In this document: in pieces, positions 18,574 through 26,238 of the stretch | Layout of the letters: every line of letters starts with the position of its first letter | How positions within the stretch are numbered: the stretch's first letter is position 1 | NCBI GenBank assembly: GCA_964582465.1 | Contig: CAZOQX010000001.1 | Coordinates: 89,214 to 153,213 of the forward strand | Source of the DNA: an uncultured Candidatus Saccharibacteria bacterium | Lineage (GTDB): Bacteria > Patescibacteriota > Saccharimonadia > UBA4664 > CAZOQX01 | Direction of reading: 5' to 3' | DNA length: 64,000 nucleotides | Notes under the pieces: generated by a model | Database searches by the model: none | What the model was told of the DNA's origin: nothing | The model's input: only the letters and a program-made list of their open reading frames with translations | Program-made: the position numbers and the translations under genes

Positions 18574-20684
18574 TAGCTGGCTCCCGTTCTAGTTGATGCG
18601 ACTGTGCGGGCGGCAGAGACTGCTCTGGTTGAGGCTGAACTGTGAGCAACGGCTGAGGGGCGCACAGTACTGGTGGTGATGCCGGTGGTGTTAGAGAGAG
18701 TGCCGTGGTAAGCCAAGACAGGCCTGCGGGTACCGGTGACAGTGATATCTGTGATGGTGTTGTAGGCGGATTGCCAAGTACCTGAACCGAGAGCAATGGT
18801 GGCGTTTGAACCTGGCGTCGATGAGTTAATAGTGATCACCTTGGTGGGGTCGGCGACGGCGGTCAAGGCTCCAGTGATGGTTTGGGTAATGGCACTAGTC
18901 AGGGTAACAGTTTTGGGCGACTGGATAGTCACGTTAGCAAATGTGTTGGCACCGGTGAAAGTAACGGCTCCGATGCCGCCGCCAGCAATCACGAGGTTGT
19001 TGTAGGTTTTGCCGGCACCAGAGAACTGCTTTGACGAAGCCGTGGTGTTGGTGGAGTTGATAGTCGATGTCTGAGCGTTGACTGTGATGTTCGTGCCAAC
19101 AACCCAAAACTGACTAGTGCCAGTCAAGTTCCAAGTCCCCGAGCCCATGTTGATCGTAGTCCCGTTTATGGCTCCGGACGTGGTTTCGCCCACAGCCGTC
19201 ACGTTATGGCCGTTAGCGTCAAACGTACCTGAAGTGATACTTATAGTATTGCCAGGAATGACAAGATCGTCTTGTAGCGCATAAGTACCACCCGGTGCGG
19301 CGACTATGAACGCTCTTGGCATGGTCTTTCCGGCGCTTGTCATGGTGTAGTTCGAGCGGCCGCTAAGTTGGACTGAAATGTTCCCGCCGAAGGTCATTGC
19401 CGATGATAGGGTCAAAGAGCCAAAGAAGAAGTTCGTAATGCCGCCGCCACCGGACATAGTGAAGGTTCTGGTAAAGTCGGTGAAGTTGACGTTCTTTCCA
19501 AGCCTCGGCATATCTCCCGTCAGGGTCCCAGCCGTGGTTGTGTTGATGATGACGTCATCCTGGGGCAGCGGCACGCGTGAAGTCCAGGCAGCGGCACTCG
19601 ACCAGTTATTGGTTCCGCCAACGTAGGTCTGCGTAACTGGGGCATCAAACGTGATGTTCGAATTTCCTTGAGCATCCCCTAGCGACGTACCCGTCCAAGC
19701 AGCATTGGCTGGCAGGCCAGCTCCGGTGATGTCCTGAAAGTCCACGTTTGTCAGCGAAATGGCAGCCGCGTTGAGGGTACGTGACGTACCGACAGTGTCG
19801 CTCTGGACAAGCAACCTGTTGGTGGTCGAGTTGCCAGTAATTGTCAGCGTACCTGTAACAGTCAGGGTGTTGATCCCGAGAATTAGACTGTCTGTCTTGA
19901 CGTTGGTACCCGTTCTCGTAAAGTTTGCGACTGTCAGGTTGTTATTCAAGAGCTTGGGCGTACCGGCCCCAGAGAACACGACTGATGCGCCATTCAAGTT
20001 TAGCGCACTGGTCACTGGCTGTATTGTATTGTTCCCCGAGTAGGTCCCCGTGAATGTGAGGATAGCCGTGTTGGCTGTGACCGTGAGATTATCGGATCGG
20101 ATTTGGTTGGAACCTGTGCCGTTAAGTGTGATCAGTGAGTTGCCAAGCGTCAGCGTGCGCGTGTTGGCATTGTTGGAGGCGAACTGTCCCCAAGAGCAAG
20201 TCTGACCATTAGTATCTAGTGTACCCAGAGTTAGCACAACTGTTTGGCCACCTGAGTTGAAGGTACCAGTGAGCTGCCATGAACCGCCCGCCCCGTTAAA
20301 ATTCACCGGGCCGCTAGATGTTTGGTTGGCAAAATCGACTGCTTGGACAGTTGAGGAGGTTGATAAGAAGGAAATAGTACCACCAGCTGTATATGTCATA
20401 CCTGCCACAAATTTCAGAGCAATGTTGGAAGCACCTGGGGTGGAATCGCCAATGGCTAGGGTGATACCTCCCGAAGCCATTGCCAGAATATGTGTAAACC
20501 CAGTGCAGTTAATTGAACGACAATTGGAGGCTACGTCGATAGTGCAGTTGCCGGGTGAAGAGGCAGTGAAAAACACATCGTCAGCTGAAGTCGGGACGGA
20601 GAAACCAGAGCTACCACCATCAGAATCTGACCATGATGCGGTCGAGCTCCAGTTGGTGCCGCTGCCGACAAAATAGCGCGCCAC
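18573..20684 (-). CDS. Giant paralogous beta-helix-like protein (703 aa), paralog 4
   Basis: N-terminus MARYFVGSGTNWSSTASWSDSDGGSSGFSVPTSADDVFFT is a variant of the NW-S module. Conserved TRTGAS tail. TAATG coupling at both ends. Confidence 0.8.
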   Translation of the reverse strand: MARYFVGSGTNWSSTASWSDSDGGSSGFSVPTSADDVFFTASSPGNCTIDVASNCRSINCTGFTHILAMASGGITLAIGDSTPGASNIALKFVAGMTYTAGGTISFLSTSSTVQAVDFANQTSSGPVNFNGAGGSWQLTGTFNSGGQTVVLTLGTLDTNGQTCSWGQFASNNANTRTLTLGNSLITLNGTGSNQIRSDNLTVTANTAILTFTGTYSGNNTIQPVTSALNLNGASVVFSGAGTPKLLNNNLTVANFTRTGTNVKTDSLILGINTLTVTGTLTITGNSTTNRLLVQSDTVGTSRTLNAAAISLTNVDFQDITGAGLPANAAWTGTSLGDAQGNSNITFDAPVTQTYVGGTNNWSSAAAWTSRVPLPQDDVIINTTTAGTLTGDMPRLGKNVNFTDFTRTFTMSGGGGITNFFFGSLTLSSAMTFGGNISVQLSGRSNYTMTSAGKTMPRAFIVAAPGGTYALQDDLVIPGNTISITSGTFDANGHNVTAVGETTSGAINGTTINMGSGTWNLTGTSQFWVVGTNITVNAQTSTINSTNTTASSKQFSGAGKTYNNLVIAGGGIGAVTFTGANTFANVTIQSPKTVTLTSAITQTITGALTAVADPTKVITINSSTPGSNATIALGSGTWQSAYNTITDITVTGTRRPVLAYHGTLSNTTGITTSTVRPSAVAHSSASTRAVSAARTVASTRTGAS

Positions 20685-22834
20685 TAGTTCGCCCCCGTTC
20701 TGGTTGAAGATAAGGTGCGGGTGGCAGAAGCAGATCTGGTGGTGGCGGAGGTGTGGTTAATAGCAGAAGGTCTAATCGTGCTCGATGTGATGCCCGAGGT
20801 GTTCGATAGCGTGCCGTGATAGGCCAAGACTGGTGTGCGGGTACCGGTGACGGTGATGTCAGTAATGGAATTGTAGCTAGAGCTCCAGGTGCCGGAAGTG
20901 CCAAGAGCGACGGTGGCGGCCGAGCCACCGGTGACAGCATTGACGGTAATGGGATTGGCGGGGGTGCCCAGTGTAACTATCGAGCCTGTGATCGTTTTGG
21001 TTTGACCAGACTTAAACTGCAGCGTCTTAGGACCACCCTGGATAAAGATATTGGCAATTGTTGGTGAGCTATCGAAGAATATGACCGCACCGGTACCACC
21101 GCCGGCAATATATATATTGCCATAGATTGCAGTACCCAGGCTAAGGGTTTTCGACGTGGCCGAAACATCCGACACATAAATGCTAGCTAAGGCTGCACTA
21201 ACCGTAATACCAGAAGTAGCTACATTCCAGATTGTGCCATTACCGGTAATCATCCATTTGCCCGTGCCCATATTGAGAGTGCGGGTGTCAGTGGTAGTTG
21301 AAGTGAAACTCCCGCACCTCACATTAAACCCATTAGCATCGAAGGTGCCGTTACTTAAAGTTATCCCGCCCGACGCGCCAGTATCAATCGAGTAGTTATC
21401 CTGAAGGGTATAACTGCCGCCTGGCGCCAGGAAATTCCAAGCTTCGGGGAAACGCTTACCGCCCGATGTGATAGTCTGGGCGCCGCGACCCCGAAAGTTG
21501 CTGGAAAAGTTGCCGCTAATGCTGAAATTATTGGTCGCTATCAGGTTACCGAAGATATTGGCACCAATCGTAAAGCTAATGGTGCCAGTAAAGCCCGTGA
21601 AATTGATATCCTTCCCCCAACGCGGCATGTCAGCTGTGATGGTACCGGACGCGCTACCGTTGATGATCACATTATCTTGAGGTAATGGCACGCGGCTAGT
21701 CCAGTTACCGGCTGTCGACCAGCTGCCACCGGCGCCAGAACGTGTTTGCGTAGCCGGTGTATCGAATGTGATGTTGGAATTGCCTTGACCATCTCCCAGC
21801 GAGGTTCCGGTCCAGGCGGCATTCCCGGGCAACCCCGCCCCGGTAGTATCTATAAAATCGAGGTTTGTCAGCGAAATGGCGGCGGCGGTAAGCGTACGAC
21901 TAGTCCCAACGGTGCTAGATTGAACCAATAGACGGTTGGTAGTGGAATTACCAGCCAGGGTCAGGGTATTGGTGACGGTCAGGTTGGATAGTATGTTCAA
22001 AACTTCGGTTTTGGCTGCGATTGAAGACGTAAAAGTGAAGTTAGCACAGGTGGTTGTGCCAGCATTGGTAGAACCAAGCGACATGGTTTGAACCACCGTA
22101 GGGGCATATACAATGTTATTATAAGTCGCCACACCACCGGCAAATGCACCGGTGCTGCCGGTTAAAGTGATGGTTGAGCCGCCCGCATTCAGAGTAAGAC
22201 CAGTAGTAGTGGCTGTAGTCCAGGACGTGCCTGTACCAGTAATCGTTATGTTCGAGTTGCCAAGCGTTAAACTTCTAGTGTTTGAGTTATTGGAGTTAAA
22301 TAGTCCCCACGAGCAGGTTTGCCCATTGGTATCGAGAGTACCTTGGTTGTGCGTAACTGTCCCGCCAGTGCCCATATTGAGTGCTCCCGTCAGCTGGTAA
22401 TTACCGGTTGTATTACCGGACCCAAAAGTGACAATGTTGGACATAGTTTTTCCCTTACAATCAACCGCCTGCTGAGTGGCTGAGGTTGATCTAAGTAAGA
22501 GTTGGGCTGACTTATTCGTGCCCAGTGTATACGTCATACCGGTGGAGAATTTAAATGCGACGTTTCCGGCCCCGGCTGTGCCATCTCCAACATTAAGAAG
22601 AGTTGAGTCATTATGGGTTAGGATTCCACCGTAGTCGCCTGTGCCAGCAGTGCAGTCGACCGAGCGGCAGACGGAGTTAACGTCAATCGTGACGTTCCCA
22701 CTGCCCGTTTCGAAAATGACATCATCAGCTGCCGTCGGTGGCCCAGAGGAATCGCCGCCTGCAGATGAGACATTGCTCCAAGTACCGGCTGCACTCCAGT
22801 TACCACCAACCGCTTTGGCGTAGAGAGTGGCCAT
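20684..22834 (-). CDS. Giant paralogous beta-helix-like protein (716 aa), paralog 3
   Basis: N-terminus MATLYAKAVGGNWSAAGTWS... C-terminal tail ...TRTGAN. Stop/start overlaps. Confidence 0.8.
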   Translation of the reverse strand: MATLYAKAVGGNWSAAGTWSNVSSAGGDSSGPPTAADDVIFETGSGNVTIDVNSVCRSVDCTAGTGDYGGILTHNDSTLLNVGDGTAGAGNVAFKFSTGMTYTLGTNKSAQLLLRSTSATQQAVDCKGKTMSNIVTFGSGNTTGNYQLTGALNMGTGGTVTHNQGTLDTNGQTCSWGLFNSNNSNTRSLTLGNSNITITGTGTSWTTATTTGLTLNAGGSTITLTGSTGAFAGGVATYNNIVYAPTVVQTMSLGSTNAGTTTCANFTFTSSIAAKTEVLNILSNLTVTNTLTLAGNSTTNRLLVQSSTVGTSRTLTAAAISLTNLDFIDTTGAGLPGNAAWTGTSLGDGQGNSNITFDTPATQTRSGAGGSWSTAGNWTSRVPLPQDNVIINGSASGTITADMPRWGKDINFTGFTGTISFTIGANIFGNLIATNNFSISGNFSSNFRGRGAQTITSGGKRFPEAWNFLAPGGSYTLQDNYSIDTGASGGITLSNGTFDANGFNVRCGSFTSTTTDTRTLNMGTGKWMITGNGTIWNVATSGITVSAALASIYVSDVSATSKTLSLGTAIYGNIYIAGGGTGAVIFFDSSPTIANIFIQGGPKTLQFKSGQTKTITGSIVTLGTPANPITVNAVTGGSAATVALGTSGTWSSSYNSITDITVTGTRTPVLAYHGTLSNTSGITSSTIRPSAINHTSATTRSASATRTLSSTRTGAN

Positions 22835-25800
22835 CAGCTGGCCCCCGTTCTAGTTGAGGATAAAGTGCGGGGGGCTGAAAGAGATCGGGTAGAAGCAGAA
22901 CTATGTGGAGTGGCAGAGGGTCGTTTGGTAGTAAAGTCAAAGCCGGTGTTGCCGGAAACATTAGTACCGTGATAAGCGAGGACGGGGGTACGGGTACCGG
23001 TCACAGTGATGTCTTGAATTGAGTTATATGAGGATACCCAGGTACCGGAGGTGCCGAGGGCGATGGTGGCGGGGGTACCCGAAACTGTCGAGTAAATATG
23101 GGTGCGTTGTGAATCCAGCCCCCAACGATTAGCCAGATAATATTCTATTGAACTTAAGTTTGGTATGGTTAAGGCCTGGTTGTAGATTAAAACCTCAAAA
23201 ATATCGCCTACAAAAAATTCAGAATCGTTATTTCTGGCCCCAATTCTGCCAGAGGTAAAGGTAGCGGTGTTATTGACCATTGCGACTGGGTTTGTTACTT
23301 GAGCCCCATCTTTTCTTGAGAAGCCAGAGTCTGCTGCCCAGTAAGAAGTAAAAATATGGGGGTCAGTGTCCAGAGGAGTATAGCGATCGGTACGAGTTAC
23401 TCCGTCATCCCCAGCCCGTGTTTGACCAAATTGCGTCCCATTGGTGATTGCAAACAGATATATATTTGATACACCTCCTAATCCAATAATATCTTTGTTG
23501 CTCGCTGTATTTGTTGCCCTTGCCACTACAAACACAACACAAGGAACATCATTGCCAGCCATCGCAGCCACTAAACCTGCGGGCATAACCATATCATCAT
23601 TCACCCCATCAAAGCGCATTGAGGCCATCCCATTCATAACATTAGTCGTGTAGGTTGGTCTGGCTGTGCCAGATTGGGTAACATCAAAGCCATTACCCGA
23701 TTGATCTTGCCAGGTTGATACGGGGTCACCATTTGACCCTGAGTATTGATCGGCTTTAAGCCATAGTTTGCATCCTGCAATTGAGGTTGGAACTATGATT
23801 GCAGGGTTGGTTGAGCCCGGGCCAATGGTTGTGATCGATTGATTAACCGTCGTAACCTGCGATACAGGAAAGATCAAAGTCTTTTGTCCTTGTCCACTGA
23901 CAATAATCTTATTGAACGTGTTCGCCCCGGTAAAAGACAGTGCTTGGGGAGTATCTTGGGCATATCTCAGGATATTGTAGCTCCAGCCACCGCCCGCAAA
24001 GGTCTTATCTACTATGCCCTGACCCGTCAGGCTGATGGTAGAGGTTCCCGAATTAAGTGAAACCATTGTTGTCGCAGCAGTCCAGACCGTACCTGTACTG
24101 TTCACTGTCCATATACCCGCCCCCATGGTGATGGCTGTCTGTCCCTGAAAAGTAATAGTCGTCGCTTTAACGTTATGATTGTTGGCTGAGAAAGTTGTCC
24201 CGACGGCAATCACTAAATTACGGTTTATCCCCATGTCAAAATCATCTTGGAGGGTATAGTTGCCGCCTGGAGCTGCAATTGTGGTAGTGGCTGTCCCTGC
24301 CATCGCGTGACCCGCCATCGTTATGGTATAAGTTCCTCTGCCTTGGAGTTGAAGATTTATTCCCGTCCCAAAGGCGGTTCCAACACCAGCCCCCAAGGTA
24401 AGACTTCCATATAAGATAGGGGCACCAGTCAGGCTTAGGGTTGGAGAGCCCGTTGCCCCGCTAAAATCAAGACTCTTGCCCAATCGAGGCATATCCATGG
24501 TCACGCTTCGCCCCGCCACAAAAGCATTATTTACAACTACGTTATCTTGAGGGAGCGGGACTCTAGTTGTCCAGCCATGAGTGCTCCAGGTGAAAGAGGC
24601 CGTCCCGGTGGCAGTTTGCGTAGCGGCAGGAGTAAAGGTCATCCCCCCATTGCCGCCAGCATCTCCCGACTTGCCTGTTATGGCCGAGAGATCAACTGGG
24701 GTGGTGGCCGTTCCTCCAACTACCCAAGTGGAGGCCGAGGAGTTTTGTTCAAACATCATCCCATCCACATAGAAGGTGGCGGCAACAGCGGCGTTGGTTG
24801 ATACGCCAAGCATTATGGCATTGCCTAGTGTTGGCGAAGGATTATGGCCTGACGTGAAGGAGACGGATAATCTATCCCATGTTCCTAAACCAGTTGCCGT
24901 ACCAGTTCCGGTGTAAACCGTTCCGTTATTACAGAAGTCACAAACAGCCACTCTGAGTGGGGTTCCGGCTGCTGCCTGAACGTAGGCTGAGAAGGTATAG
25001 GCGGTGTCAGACTGAGCATCGACTAGACCTTGGGCTTTGCCCATCACGTATTCCCACATCCCCTGCAAGCTCACACTTCCTGAAGTTGTCAGCTTCATAC
25101 AGTAAGTCCCTTGCCAAGGAGTAACTTCGGTACTTACCGCCCCGGTTAAGGCGATGTTAGAGGTTGAGTTATTAGAATTGAAGCTCCAGCTGCCGATAGA
25201 AAGAGTCTCAAAAGAGGAGTCGGCTACTCTCATGATGTTGCCTCCTGCCGTATAAGCCGAGTTTTTAAACATTAGAATGTCGGCAAAATCGACGTTGGAA
25301 GTAGTCAAGGTAGTACCGTAAGCAAGATATCGCATTGTCCCCACAGTGTTGCTTTGCACAATCAGGCGATTAGTAACGGAGTTGCCAGCCAGCGTCAGCG
25401 TACCGCTCACGTATATACCAGAGCCACCCAGCGCGACTGACCCCGTTAGAGTCGCTGGCCCATTGACGGTTAGATTCGCCAAGATAAACGATGCGGTACC
25501 CGCCAACGTTATAGCCGAGCCATTGAGCGTAAATGATGCGCCGTTCATATTGAGGGCATTGGAAACATTAAAACCACCAGCGGAAAGTGTCCACGTTGAT
25601 GTGTTTGCCGAGACTGTCAGTAAAGTAGCATTAACCAAAAACGCGGAATTGGACGAGGAGGTGAGGGTTATGGCACTAGCTCCGAGAGTAAGTACTGCCG
25701 TAGTAGAGAGGCTATGAGCGAAAGTGTTCCACGAACAGGTTTGCCCGTTGGTATCTAAAGTTCCAGCGCTCAAAGTAAGGTTTCGACATGTCACACCGGA

Positions 25801-26238
25801 TGAGAATTGCCAACTGGCACCAGCGCCATTAAATGTAACATCAGTTGATGCCCCTAAATTTTTAGCCACGAAATCAACGATCTGTTGGGTCGTAGAGGTA
25901 GATATAAAACTGATAGTAAGAGCCCCCACTGCCGTATAGGTCATACCTGCCGAGAACTTTAGGGCTACGTTCCCTGCGCCAGCCGTTGCATCCCCAATGC
26001 TCAAGACAAAGGCGTTATGGGTCAACGTTCCACCGTAGTTACCAGTTCCCGAAGTACAATCTAAAGAACGGCAGGCGGAAGTAGCATCGATCGTGACGTT
26101 GCCGCTTCCCAATTCAAAGATCACATTATCTGAGGCGGTTGGCGGCCCCGCACTGTCTGCCCCCCCAGATCCTGTTGCGGACCACGTACCCGCCGCAGAC
26201 CAGTTACCACCCGCGGCTTTGGCATAAAGTGTAGCCAT
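22834..26238 (-). CDS. Giant paralogous beta-helix-like protein (1134 aa) with CBM4/9-like and LamG-like lectin inserts, paralog 2
   Basis: CBM-like segment (...ATFYVDGMMFEQNSSASTWVVGG). LamG-like jelly-roll segment (LWLKADQYSGSNGDPVSTWQDQSGNGFDVTQ...RFDGVNDDM...). Conserved N- and C-terminal modules. Confidence 0.8.
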   Translation of the reverse strand: MATLYAKAAGGNWSAAGTWSATGSGGADSAGPPTASDNVIFELGSGNVTIDATSACRSLDCTSGTGNYGGTLTHNAFVLSIGDATAGAGNVALKFSAGMTYTAVGALTISFISTSTTQQIVDFVAKNLGASTDVTFNGAGASWQFSSGVTCRNLTLSAGTLDTNGQTCSWNTFAHSLSTTAVLTLGASAITLTSSSNSAFLVNATLLTVSANTSTWTLSAGGFNVSNALNMNGASFTLNGSAITLAGTASFILANLTVNGPATLTGSVALGGSGIYVSGTLTLAGNSVTNRLIVQSNTVGTMRYLAYGTTLTTSNVDFADILMFKNSAYTAGGNIMRVADSSFETLSIGSWSFNSNNSTSNIALTGAVSTEVTPWQGTYCMKLTTSGSVSLQGMWEYVMGKAQGLVDAQSDTAYTFSAYVQAAAGTPLRVAVCDFCNNGTVYTGTGTATGLGTWDRLSVSFTSGHNPSPTLGNAIMLGVSTNAAVAATFYVDGMMFEQNSSASTWVVGGTATTPVDLSAITGKSGDAGGNGGMTFTPAATQTATGTASFTWSTHGWTTRVPLPQDNVVVNNAFVAGRSVTMDMPRLGKSLDFSGATGSPTLSLTGAPILYGSLTLGAGVGTAFGTGINLQLQGRGTYTITMAGHAMAGTATTTIAAPGGNYTLQDDFDMGINRNLVIAVGTTFSANNHNVKATTITFQGQTAITMGAGIWTVNSTGTVWTAATTMVSLNSGTSTISLTGQGIVDKTFAGGGWSYNILRYAQDTPQALSFTGANTFNKIIVSGQGQKTLIFPVSQVTTVNQSITTIGPGSTNPAIIVPTSIAGCKLWLKADQYSGSNGDPVSTWQDQSGNGFDVTQSGTARPTYTTNVMNGMASMRFDGVNDDMVMPAGLVAAMAGNDVPCVVFVVARATNTASNKDIIGLGGVSNIYLFAITNGTQFGQTRAGDDGVTRTDRYTPLDTDPHIFTSYWAADSGFSRKDGAQVTNPVAMVNNTATFTSGRIGARNNDSEFFVGDIFEVLIYNQALTIPNLSSIEYYLANRWGLDSQRTHIYSTVSGTPATIALGTSGTWVSSYNSIQDITVTGTRTPVLAYHGTNVSGNTGFDFTTKRPSATPHSSASTRSLSAPRTLSSTRTGAS